A stretch of DNA of 64,000 nucleotides. Source: Minisyncoccia bacterium. GTDB lineage: Bacteria > Patescibacteriota > Minisyncoccia > Phycocordibacterales > UBA9973. Shown here piece after piece: positions 10,117 to 18,874 of this stretch. Position numbers and translations under genes: made by a program. Where the stretch lies: contig JBMOIO010000001.1 of NCBI GenBank assembly GCA_049317285.1, positions 20,388-84,387 on the forward strand, given 5' to 3'. The notes under the pieces were generated by a model. The model was given only the letters and a program-made list of their open reading frames with translations. It was not told where the DNA came from and did not search any database. Positions within the stretch are counted from its first letter, which is position 1; each line of letters begins with the position of its first letter.

Positions 10117-10673
10117 CATTTATTCTCGCATTACTGCGGGCATGGACTATATCATCACCCGTTTCCATATTCATGGAAGTGTGGGTGCGAAGCGCTTCCG
10201 CCGACATCTGTCGGAGTACTCCACAAGGGATAGTCTCTGAACCTTCCCTTCAATTTCTTTCAGGGCTTGGCTGCTGATTGCCCTCATGAGTGAGGGGTTC
10301 CAGTCAATTCACTTCGTTATTCGACCCGTCTTTCGATCGGGAAGCTGCGTAATACCGTCGTGGATTTCCATATGACAGTTCGCACACAAGAGAATACATT
10401 TCTCTATTTCCATTTTAATCCTTTCCCAAGAACGGGTAAGTCCTTTGTCAGAGACACCGAAACTTTTCTGTTCTGGGTCAAGATGGTGAAATGAAAGTGC
10501 GCGACCGCATTTGTTATATCCACAAATCTCACATCGTCCGCCCTTATATTCGCGTGCCATAACACGAAGTTTGATTCTTCGTTTCTTTACGGCTTCGCGC
10601 ATATAGGCAGCTCGATCGGCATAGGTACGGGTTTCTGGCATACTCAATATAGTATACCATCGACTACCTTTCC
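10117..10673 (-). mobile_element. group I intron in the tRNA-Asn anticodon (position 35/36)
   Basis: Exon ends in U and intron ends in G. Core motifs AATTGACTGGAA, AATCAGCAGCCAAG, GTTCAGAGACTA, GATATAGTCC. P3 pairing CGAAGTG/CGCTTCG; P9 hairpin with a GTAA loop. Confidence 0.88.
10309..10647 (-). CDS. intron-encoded HNH endonuclease
   Basis: CEICG...LSFHHLDP...CILLCANCHMEIH (Zn-binding HNH). Lies inside the intron; the start may be the ATG at 10641. Confidence 0.82.
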   Translation of the reverse strand: MSMPETRTYADRAAYMREAVKKRRIKLRVMAREYKGGRCEICGYNKCGRALSFHHLDPEQKSFGVSDKGLTRSWERIKMEIEKCILLCANCHMEIHDGITQLPDRKTGRITK

Positions 10674-10739
10674 ACAGGCAACTGCGCTACCGCTGCGCCA
10701 CAGGGGAACACAATATTCTATTATCAAATGACCGGAAAA

Positions 10740-10767
10740 CTATAGCATTTTACTTCCCTTTTTTCAA
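10740..10767 (-). promoter_or_regulatory. sigma70 promoter of tRNA-Asn
   Basis: TTGAAA-N17-TATAGT on the minus strand, about 30 nt upstream of the tRNA. Confidence 0.6.
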
Positions 10768-10845
10768 TATTCAGCTATTTCTACCCCACCCCTCTTTTAT
10801 AAAGACCTATCATTTCATCTAGTATCCTTAAAAATAAAAAGTCCT

Positions 10846-11034
10846 CTATGCCGAGGACTTTGTAACAGCTTTGGGTTCGATATTTTCTCTCGAAACTTCT
10901 TTTCCACTGTTTAACGAAACCTTAAGACGAACAGTGTCTTTTTCGAGAAAAATATAGTAGTCGCTACGCTTTCCCTTTGCCTTACGCCACCCTTCAGCTA
11001 AAAGGTTCCTGATAGTTAAATCAAGTTCTGCCAT
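10846..11034 (-). CDS. small hypothetical protein
   Basis: 62-aa ORF in an AT-rich segment. Confidence 0.45.
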   Translation of the reverse strand: MAELDLTIRNLLAEGWRKAKGKRSDYYIFLEKDTVRLKVSLNSGKEVSRENIEPKAVTKSSA

Positions 11035-11268
11035 TTTTGTAGTTATTAGGTAAATATTCAGAGAATTTAGTGCTACTTTACAGGATTATTTTTTTATGTC
11101 AATACAAAATACGCTACAGAAAACCATAAGGCGGTAATGCTCCCCTCATCAAAAACACCTCTAAAATCTTGGAAAGCTCCACTTCCCTTTTAATACTATT
11201 CCAATCTAGAGCTCTGAGCATCGCCCTCTCCCTCGACAGAAAAGTTCGAACTATGATAGAATTTACTC

Positions 11269-11859
11269 ATGAAAATCATCAATGGGAGAACGACGAAGTA
11301 CGATATACATGACCTATTCCTAAATCGTTATTCTCCACGAGCGATGTCTGGCGAAGTTATCACAAAAGAAGAGCTCATGACTCTATTTGAAGCTGCTAGA
11401 TGGGCACCGTCTTCTCGCAATGAACAACCATGGAGATTTTTATATGCGACGAAAGGAACATCCGACTTCGATCTATTCCTTTCATTCCTCTTAGAGAATA
11501 ATCAAACATGGTGTAAAAACGCTGGAGTTCTTGTCATAGGTCTTTCAAGGAAAACTTTAAGCGATGGTACTGTAAATACTACGCATTCATTAGACACAGG
11601 TTCCGCATGGGAGAACCTGGCCCTGCAAGGTACTGCTATGGGTTTGGTTGTGCATGGTATGGGTGGCTATAGCGATGATCTATTGAGAAAGGAGTTGCAC
11701 ATTCAAGACGACTATATGGTTGAACTCATGGTTGCTATAGGTAAACCAGGAAGGATAGAAGATTTACCAGAGAAACTTCAAGAGCGTGAACAACCGAGTC
11801 AAAGAAAAAATCTAGATGAGATTGTATTTGAAGGAAAAGCAGGGGTAAAGAATCTATAA
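11269..11859 (+). CDS. nitroreductase family protein
   Basis: RYSPR, AARWAPSSRNEQPWRF, LDTGSAWENLALQ motifs. Confidence 0.9.
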   Translation: MKIINGRTTKYDIHDLFLNRYSPRAMSGEVITKEELMTLFEAARWAPSSRNEQPWRFLYATKGTSDFDLFLSFLLENNQTWCKNAGVLVIGLSRKTLSDGTVNTTHSLDTGSAWENLALQGTAMGLVVHGMGGYSDDLLRKELHIQDDYMVELMVAIGKPGRIEDLPEKLQEREQPSQRKNLDEIVFEGKAGVKNL

Positions 11860-11935
11860 GTTATTTACTATACCCACCCTCTTTGCGAACCCTGTAGATG
11901 CTTCTCTGTTAGAAACAATACTGGCCCGACATAGT

Positions 11936-12583
11936 TTACTGTACTTCCACCAATACTTCATTGCGTGTCATCCACGGTGGAGTCCATGGCGCATTGTATC
12001 CAGCATAAGCAATGTTTCCTTCCGCCACAACTCCGTCTCGAGCGAGTGCCGAAAGTAGTCTTTCTTGCATACTTTTTACTCGTTTGTCCGAGCGATACCA
12101 TGAGAACTGCATAACTGCATATTTCTTGGCAGGAATCATAACAATTTTTACCCGTGAATCATTTGGTATTGGCAATGTTTCCAGTGTATAGGAACGAGGC
12201 ATTCCAAAAGAGATCGTCTGTGAATTACCATCAGTCGTCGCCACGACAGGTGCGGTCATAGCGATGCTTTCTGAAACTTTTTCCATAGTTTCATTTTGTG
12301 CAACTACAGGTGCAGTCATAGCGATGCTTTCTTTCTTGGTATTTCCACCAAAAATATATCCAGCCACAATTCTAAAACCACTACTCATAGATTCTCTATA
12401 GGAACCTTGTACTGTCGTCTGTGCCACGATATGTGCGGGGTATTCTCGTATCTCGTAGTCGTTCACCTTCTTCATCACTGTATAACCCGTCTGCTCCACT
12501 CGAGAACCAAAAAATCCCCAGGCGGACCAGAGTGCGATTATGGCAATAAGTGCGATGAGTATGGTGATCATATTTTTATGCAT
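11936..12583 (-). CDS. SOUL heme-binding family protein
   Basis: YEIREY, GFR..AGYIFGGN, IAMTAPV, YNAPWT...RNEV motifs. Confidence 0.88.
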   Translation of the reverse strand: MHKNMITILIALIAIIALWSAWGFFGSRVEQTGYTVMKKVNDYEIREYPAHIVAQTTVQGSYRESMSSGFRIVAGYIFGGNTKKESIAMTAPVVAQNETMEKVSESIAMTAPVVATTDGNSQTISFGMPRSYTLETLPIPNDSRVKIVMIPAKKYAVMQFSWYRSDKRVKSMQERLLSALARDGVVAEGNIAYAGYNAPWTPPWMTRNEVLVEVQ

Positions 12584-12595
12584 TGCTACTATTTT

Positions 12596-13456
12596 TTATT
12601 CTACCGGACAAGTGTTTTTGCCGATGGCGGCATAGAAACCACACCAGCTAAATAGTGCTTCGAAAATCGCAAAACCGGAGAAGAATATGAGGAGAGGGCT
12701 CCAGGTGGTGAGCATCGCAAAGAGGAGTAACCCTGCGCCAATAGCAAAGCGGATCAAACGATCACTCCTGCCGATATTTTGGGCAACACCGCGGGGAGAA
12801 CTCTTGGCAACTCTTTTTAAAATCGCACGGTAGATGAGTCCGACAATAAAAGCGAGAATGTACATTATAACTATAAGCCCCCAGCCAAACGGTGACTTGA
12901 TAAAACTTATTGGAGATACTTCAAAAAAATCCTTCTTTAGCTCGGGGATGACAGTGAGCGCATTCAACCCCTCCTTACCATCAAAGGCTTCTCTCTCGCC
13001 AATGGCAAGCGAGTATTTGCTGTCGTTGTGCGTACTTGAGACGCGGATCTCATATGTGCCGGCTTCAGCACGCGCTTTGTACTCCGGTCCCATCCAATAG
13101 GTGTCGGCACCAAAGGGTTCATAAAACTTCTTCCATTGAAAAGGTGTGCCGTCGAGAATAGCTAAGGGTTTCTCGCTATTGTCGTCTTTAATAACTACAG
13201 CAGAGACATCTTTCTTTTGGTCGACACTATCAGGCACCAAGACATTGACGTAGAGATCAAAGGGTTCGCTTGCTCTTATGACATAGACATCTGGCTCGCC
13301 AGTAAGCTTACCGTAATATGCTTTTGAGATTTCAGGACTAGGGACCTGCGTCAGTCGACTCTCGGTAATGCGAGGCTGATGGGCAAAAGCCAAAGAAGGC
13401 AAAAATAAAATTGCAAAAAGGGTGATTAGTAGTATTTTATACAATTTCTTTATCAT
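12596..13456 (-). CDS. exported/membrane protein with C-terminal YgaP-like (DUF2892) domain
   Basis: Signal peptide; C-terminal NIGRSDRLIR...WCGFYAAIGKNTC. Confidence 0.65.
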   Translation of the reverse strand: MIKKLYKILLITLFAILFLPSLAFAHQPRITESRLTQVPSPEISKAYYGKLTGEPDVYVIRASEPFDLYVNVLVPDSVDQKKDVSAVVIKDDNSEKPLAILDGTPFQWKKFYEPFGADTYWMGPEYKARAEAGTYEIRVSSTHNDSKYSLAIGEREAFDGKEGLNALTVIPELKKDFFEVSPISFIKSPFGWGLIVIMYILAFIVGLIYRAILKRVAKSSPRGVAQNIGRSDRLIRFAIGAGLLLFAMLTTWSPLLIFFSGFAIFEALFSWCGFYAAIGKNTCPVE

Positions 13457-13554
13457 ACATTCACTTTACCATTTTTGACCACCAAAGACTAAAGAATTCT
13501 GTCTTCCCATTCGCGCACCATTCCCAGAGAAGCCTTCAGTTTTCCTCTATTGGA

Positions 13555-13589
13555 TAAAAAAATCCCCGCTATTCGCGGGGATTTTTTTA
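13555..13589 (-). terminator. intrinsic terminator
   Basis: aaaaaatccccgc-tattc-gcggggattttttt. Confidence 0.8.
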
Positions 13590-13602
13590 TAAGAGCGGTG
13601 AA

Positions 13603-13734
13603 TTACGCAGTAACTTCTTCAGAAGGAGTAGTTTCTTCTTCTGTTACTTCTTCTGTACCTTCTTCCATTTCTGGAGTAGTAGCTACAACTTCTTCTTCTG
13701 TAGTCTCAGTTACGATGTTGTTTTCGTCTTGCAT
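13603..13734 (-). CDS. 43-aa highly acidic peptide (not in ORF track)
   Basis: MQDENNIVTETTEEEVVATTPEMEEGTEEVTEEETTPSEEVTA*. Biased GAA/ACT codons, upstream TATAAT and downstream terminator. Confidence 0.7.
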   Translation of the reverse strand: MQDENNIVTETTEEEVVATTPEMEEGTEEVTEEETTPSEEVTA

Positions 13735-14125
13735 ATGATTATATGGTTGGACTGATAAGCCTAATTCGATAAATTAGAGGCTAATTATACATGCTTTTTT
13801 TAAAAAAGCTAGGGTTCCGAGTTATGACATATTGTTGGGCAATTGATAGTATCTATTCCCCTTTCGGGGTGCTATTGTATCTCTACGGTTATACCTTTTT
13901 GTTACTCGCATCTTTGGAAGCTTCAGGGGTCTGGATTGGAACTGCTTCACGGCAGTACTAGTCCACATACGAATGCTCGCTCACCCGCTATGAAAGTTTT
14001 CTCGGTATTATCTGAACTCGAAGACTCCGCAAGGAGTCTTCTTGCATTCTCTCCCATAAAAACACGCGGCACCACTTCGACGTACTTAAAAACAATTTGG
14101 TATTGGTAGAAAAATTAAAAGATTG

Positions 14126-14740
14126 TTATCCATTTTCCTTTTTTCGTTTTTTCTTTTCCTTGTGGCGATGGGTAACAAACGCGACAATACCGCTGACAAT
14201 TAAAATACCGATAATGGTCGGAATGGCTGCACTTCCTGCAACGCGCGAAAGAAGGTTTCCACCATAAATACCGACAAATGCCCATAATAATGATCCGACA
14301 AAGCTAAGCCCTGTGTAGGTGAGAACTTTCGTATTGCGGGCCCCCGCAAAAAATGAAGGCGTGGAGCGGACAACAGGAATGAGTTTTCCAAAAATAACAA
14401 TGAGCGCCAAATGCCGGTCAAACACATCCCATGATTTCTGATGCTTGCTTTCTACCACAAGTCGCTGCACCCACTTCCAGTGTTTGAATTTCTTGCCGAT
14501 AAAAAACCCGGTCATGTCCCCCAGAAAGCTTCCTATGGTAATAATGCTAATCGCGGTCAACGGCGCAATAAACCCTTCGGCGGAGAGACTTCCGACCAAG
14601 AGCGCAATGGTTCCTCCTGGAAGAATCGCGCCAACCACCGGCAACCCTTCGCCGTAAGCGAAGAGGAAGATAAGGATACTACGCAATACCGGAGTAAGCG
14701 TAAAAAAGAGTTCTGTTATTACATGAGAAAATTGTTCCAC
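14126..14740 (-). CDS. DedA family membrane protein
   Basis: EGLPVVGAILPG, GD..GFFIG, GKLIPVVRS motifs. GTG start 6 nt after TATTAT. Confidence 0.85.
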   Translation of the reverse strand: MEQFSHVITELFFTLTPVLRSILIFLFAYGEGLPVVGAILPGGTIALLVGSLSAEGFIAPLTAISIITIGSFLGDMTGFFIGKKFKHWKWVQRLVVESKHQKSWDVFDRHLALIVIFGKLIPVVRSTPSFFAGARNTKVLTYTGLSFVGSLLWAFVGIYGGNLLSRVAGSAAIPTIIGILIVSGIVAFVTHRHKEKKKRKKENG

Positions 14741-14805
14741 GACTCTATAATACCACAGAAATGGCACCATGCCTGCATATTTAAAAATCGCGGTACACTA
14801 TAGCA

Positions 14806-15399
14806 ATGGAAACAGAAGCACTCATTAGCACCCTTGGCACATTCTCCTATATTGGAATATTCGGCATTTCCTTATTGGCGAATATTGTTATCCCCGTCCC
14901 CGAGGAAATCGTCCTTTTGGCGCTTGGCTACCTTGCCGGAAGCGGACACGCCTCAGTCTATATAATCATCCCTATTATCATTTTAGGCCTTCTTGTCAGT
15001 GATCTTGTCATGTATTTCTTGGCTCGCTCCGGAAACAAATGGATACAAGGGTTTTATGATAAATTCTTTGCGCATCGACTCGAAGCAAAACAGGCCTGGA
15101 TAGAAAATAATATGGAAAAGGTAATTTTCTACTCGCGTTTTATGGTACAGCTTCGCTTTATCGGACCGTTTATGGCAGGGCATTTGAAAGTGCCGGTGCG
15201 CACATTCGTCACCTACGAACTCGCAGCCCTTGTCATCTATGTACCGCTCTTTGTATGGATCGGATACTATTTCCAAAGCCGTATTGTCCGGATTATCGAT
15301 ACTGTCGACATTATCCGAAATGCTATCCTTATCGGAGTTGCCATCATCATTGTGATATCATTACTGCGGTATTGGTACCGTCGCTTTATCCTCTCCTAA
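14806..15399 (+). CDS. DedA family membrane protein
   Basis: IPVPEEIVLLALG, SRFMVQLRF..PFMAG motifs. Confidence 0.85.
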   Translation: METEALISTLGTFSYIGIFGISLLANIVIPVPEEIVLLALGYLAGSGHASVYIIIPIIILGLLVSDLVMYFLARSGNKWIQGFYDKFFAHRLEAKQAWIENNMEKVIFYSRFMVQLRFIGPFMAGHLKVPVRTFVTYELAALVIYVPLFVWIGYYFQSRIVRIIDTVDIIRNAILIGVAIIIVISLLRYWYRRFILS

Positions 15400-15884
15400 T
15401 GAATCCTCCCTCAGAAACAGTCGTACAAAAACACCTCCACCGCGCATTTATTGCAACCGTTATCATGAACGGTGTTATTGCAGTCCTCGACATTCTCGCT
15501 GGATTTTTCTTTGCCTTTAAGCCAAGTATTGACGGCTACCTCTTGGGCTTTGTCTCGTATGGAGGAATTGTGGCGTCACTCGCGCAACTTATCATAGATA
15601 TGTCCGGACGAGTACAACTCATTGGTGCCTTTTATTTCTTCAGCCATGGCGCAGTGAAGCTCTTATTGGTCTGGGGACTCTGGAAGACAAAGCTCTGGGC
15701 GTACCCAGTCTCAATCCTATTTCTCACTGGGTTCAGTCTCTACCAGCTCTATGAAATCATCGTGCAATTCTCCCCTATTGTCACTGCATTTCTTTTGTTT
15801 AATACTGTTGTTATCATATTGGTCATACACGAATACCGCCAAGTGGTGGCGATGACCAAGCGCGCGTACAACAAACTGACATGA
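15399..15884 (+). CDS. membrane protein (DUF2127-like)
   Basis: FYFFSHGAVKLLLVWGLWKTKLWAYP pattern. Confidence 0.65.
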   Translation: MNPPSETVVQKHLHRAFIATVIMNGVIAVLDILAGFFFAFKPSIDGYLLGFVSYGGIVASLAQLIIDMSGRVQLIGAFYFFSHGAVKLLLVWGLWKTKLWAYPVSILFLTGFSLYQLYEIIVQFSPIVTAFLLFNTVVIILVIHEYRQVVAMTKRAYNKLT

Positions 15885-16576
15885 CTCCAAAAAAACTCCA
15901 CCGATTTCTTATAGAAAAAATCCCTTCTGGCGACACAGTCGTGATTTCGGACGAACACATTGTCCACCAGGCGCTCTCGATACTGAAGTTTTCAGTAGGC
16001 GAATCCTTTATTGTTTTTGTTGACGGGGGCCCTGATATCACGGTCGAAATCACCGACCGCGACAAGCGCTCCATGACAGTAAAAAAATTACTGGAAGAAA
16101 ACAGGTCCCCTCTTCCGCGGACAGTCATTGCGGCTGTCAGTATTATAAAAGGTGCGAGCTTTGAACTTGTCGTACAAAAGCTCACTGAGGTGGGCGTGAG
16201 CGCTATTGTCCCATTGCTTTCAGAGCGCACGGTAAAAACAGGGGTCCGTCTTGACCGCCTACAAAAAATCAGCGACGAGGCGCTTGAGCTCTCCGGAGGC
16301 AACATACGGGTGACCCTCCACACGCCGATGACTTTGCAAGAATGCTTCACGGCGTTTCCTCATAGCGCATTTGTCTGCGATGGATATGGCGGTGAATCTG
16401 TCGCCACTATTCCCCAAACAGTTGTTCTCTATGTAGGCCCTGAAGGTGGGTGGAGTGCCTCTGATGAGGCAGTGTTTGAACAACACAGTATTACTCGGCT
16501 TGCACTTGGAGAAACAGTGCTCCGTACTGAAACCGCAGCAATTATCGGTGCACACACTCTTCTATGGCACTCCTAA
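15881..16576 (+). CDS. rsmE: 16S rRNA m3U1498 methyltransferase
   Basis: QKLTEVGV, VGPEGGW, LGETVLRTETA motifs. Confidence 0.92.
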   Translation: MTPKKLHRFLIEKIPSGDTVVISDEHIVHQALSILKFSVGESFIVFVDGGPDITVEITDRDKRSMTVKKLLEENRSPLPRTVIAAVSIIKGASFELVVQKLTEVGVSAIVPLLSERTVKTGVRLDRLQKISDEALELSGGNIRVTLHTPMTLQECFTAFPHSAFVCDGYGGESVATIPQTVVLYVGPEGGWSASDEAVFEQHSITRLALGETVLRTETAAIIGAHTLLWHS

Positions 16577-17313
16577 CGCTTCATACGATCATTCTTGGCA
16601 TTATCGAAGGGTTGACGGAGTTTATCCCTGTTTCTTCAACGGCACACCTGCTCTTAGTCGGGCGTGTGATTACTGTTCCACAAGCATTTCTTGAAGTGCT
16701 CTCGATCAGCATTCAAAGCGGAGCAATCCTCGCCGCAGTGTGGTATTTCTGGGAGACCGTCTGGAGCAATCGATCGTTGATTCCAAAAGTACTCGTCGGA
16801 TTCATCCCCACTGCCGTTGCTGGCGTTCTCCTCTACCCCTTTATCAAACCACTTCTCTCAAGCACTACAGTGATCGCCTCTGCTCTGATTATTGGAGGAG
16901 TCCTCCTGATTCTTATTCGCCCCCGCGATACTGAAGAGCAGATTGAATCCATTTCGTACAAACAAGCGTTCCTTGTGGGACTCATGCAACTGTTTGCCTT
17001 TATTCCCGGTATGTCGCGAGCCGGGTCAACGCTTATCGGTGGCACACTTCTACGCATCCCGCGCCAAATCATTGTCGCTTTTTCATTCCTCATTGCGATT
17101 CCTACCATTCTCGGCGCAAGCGCGGTAGAAATCCGAAATACTCCGACTCTTACAGCAAGCGAGTGGCAACTCATCGCTTTGGGAAGTATTGTTGCATTTG
17201 TTGTCGCCCTTTTTTCTATCCGCTTTTTCATCACCCTCTTAACAAAAAAACCACTGTCGTGGTTTGGGTGGTACCGTATCCTACTCGGTATACTAGTATT
17301 ACTCTTTGTATAA
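16564..17313 (+). CDS. uppP: undecaprenyl-diphosphatase
   Basis: GIIEGLTEFIPVSSTAHL, IQSGAILA, PGMSRAGST motifs. Confidence 0.93.
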   Translation: MALLTLHTIILGIIEGLTEFIPVSSTAHLLLVGRVITVPQAFLEVLSISIQSGAILAAVWYFWETVWSNRSLIPKVLVGFIPTAVAGVLLYPFIKPLLSSTTVIASALIIGGVLLILIRPRDTEEQIESISYKQAFLVGLMQLFAFIPGMSRAGSTLIGGTLLRIPRQIIVAFSFLIAIPTILGASAVEIRNTPTLTASEWQLIALGSIVAFVVALFSIRFFITLLTKKPLSWFGWYRILLGILVLLFV

Positions 17314-17353
17314 ATAAAAAAGAACCTGAATACTCTATTCAGGTTCTCATGAT

Positions 17354-18019
17354 TTAATTTCTCGGGCGAGCTTTTTGCATAAGCTCTTCCCAGGCATCTT
17401 TTTTTGCCCCCTGCCCCTGAGGAATGACCCCTTGCTCCTTTTGATTTGAACGATTCTCTTCCATCGATTGGTTTCTAGAAAAAGTAAAATTAAAATCGGG
17501 AATAATATCCCCCTGTCCATCACGTATCCCAAGGACAGGTATCGGCAATTGACCATTGAGTGTGTACTTTGTATACCCATTCAGTGCCATTGCAGCAACT
17601 TTTTGTTGATCCGTCGGCAGTGTTTTAATCTGCTCCGAGGTTAACAAAGAGAGCTGTCCAATCGAGATAACACTGAGCGCAAAGCCCAAGTACGTATTGG
17701 GAGGCAACTGTGCCTCCTTGTAATAGTCTCGAGAACTCTCCATGTTCTCCTTGAGTTCTGAAAAGCCAGCGGGAGACATCATGACGAGCTTTGCTTTGCC
17801 CTTGGTTTTGCCGTCATCAGCTCCGAGGATAACAATTGTTTCCGGCAATACATTTTTATATTGCAGACTATCCGTCTGCGGAATATAAAACATATACACT
17901 TCGATCTTGTCCGGATCAACTTGCTCTCCTTGATTTTTTTTCTTTTTCAAGGATTGCGCCGTAGCACTTTGCATAACAACTATTGCCAGCAGTGCACACA
18001 CTATCAGTTTTATTTTCAT
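17354..18019 (-). CDS. secreted hypothetical protein
   Basis: Sec signal peptide (MKIKLIVCALLAIVVMQSATA); no recognised domain. Confidence 0.65.
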   Translation of the reverse strand: MKIKLIVCALLAIVVMQSATAQSLKKKKNQGEQVDPDKIEVYMFYIPQTDSLQYKNVLPETIVILGADDGKTKGKAKLVMMSPAGFSELKENMESSRDYYKEAQLPPNTYLGFALSVISIGQLSLLTSEQIKTLPTDQQKVAAMALNGYTKYTLNGQLPIPVLGIRDGQGDIIPDFNFTFSRNQSMEENRSNQKEQGVIPQGQGAKKDAWEELMQKARPRN

Positions 18020-18063
18020 TTCTTATAGATTTGTGAATTTCTTACAGTATATATGTTTATTGA

Positions 18064-18666
18064 CTATTTGTCAAGTATACGGTGAAGAAAGCTCTTGCGA
18101 TGAAGCGCTGTAGTGCCTTGTGTTATAAGGGTATTTCGGTGTTCAGTGGTGCCATAGCCCTTATTTTTATCCCAGTCGTATTCTGGGTTTTTGCGGTGCG
18201 CCTTAGTCATATACTTATCGCGATGAACTTTTGCAATGACAGAAGCATAGGAGATAGCGGGTTCTTTACTGTCGCCACGGATAATCGTTTGTTGGTGGAC
18301 ATATTGTGCGGGAGCTTTCAATCCCCCGTCCAACAGCACAACACACTGCTCGGGCGGTAGTGCGAGCTTTTTTAAACTACTCACAATGCACTCGCGAATA
18401 CACCGAGCAATCCCCCTTGTGTCGATTGTCTGAGCACTCCGACTGGAGAGCGCGTAGCGGATCATCCCCTTGCGCTCGAGTATAGACGCCTCGCGATACC
18501 ATTTTGTCCGAGCAGTAGCGGTCATTTTTTTGGAGTCCGTCAGGCCCGGCCACATCCCTCTTGTATAGCTCATATACGGCACCGCAACCGCGCACACAGT
18601 GACGGGCCCTGCAAGTGGTCCGCGCCCCACTTCGTCTATTCCAATTACCCATAGGGGCTTTTTCAT
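18064..18666 (-). CDS. rnhB: ribonuclease HII
   Basis: GIDEVGRGPLAGPV, DSKK, ASVIAKVHRD, NKGYGT..H, HRKSF motifs. Confidence 0.95.
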   Translation of the reverse strand: MKKPLWVIGIDEVGRGPLAGPVTVCAVAVPYMSYTRGMWPGLTDSKKMTATARTKWYREASILERKGMIRYALSSRSAQTIDTRGIARCIRECIVSSLKKLALPPEQCVVLLDGGLKAPAQYVHQQTIIRGDSKEPAISYASVIAKVHRDKYMTKAHRKNPEYDWDKNKGYGTTEHRNTLITQGTTALHRKSFLHRILDK

Positions 18667-18874
18667 ATCACTACTATAGCAAAAAACCGCAAATCAACTC
18701 TGTGATTCGCGGTAAGGAATTCAGTGCACCCCATTTCCATCCCAGTGCGTAAATAAAGACCGCGGGATATAGTGTTCCAGTGCTCGTCATGCTATTTCTA
18801 GCATACACACTACTCTTTATACCGGTACTGTCAATATATTTCCAAGGGTGGCTGTGCGGTATACTAGCGATAGT

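Larger units (their letters stand above)
10079..10707 (-). tRNA. tRNA-Asn(GUU), intron-containing; exons 10674-10707 and 10079-10116
   Basis: Joined exons read TCCCCTGTGGCGCAGCGGTAGCGCAGTTGCCTGT|TAAGCAATTGGTCGTAGGTTCGAATCCTACCGGGGGAG: a full cloverleaf with anticodon loop CTGTTAA. No encoded CCA. Confidence 0.9.

Noticed and set aside
12246-12333. Direct repeat encoding ESIAMTAPVVA twice
   Set aside because: An internal motif duplication commonly seen in SOUL-family proteins.
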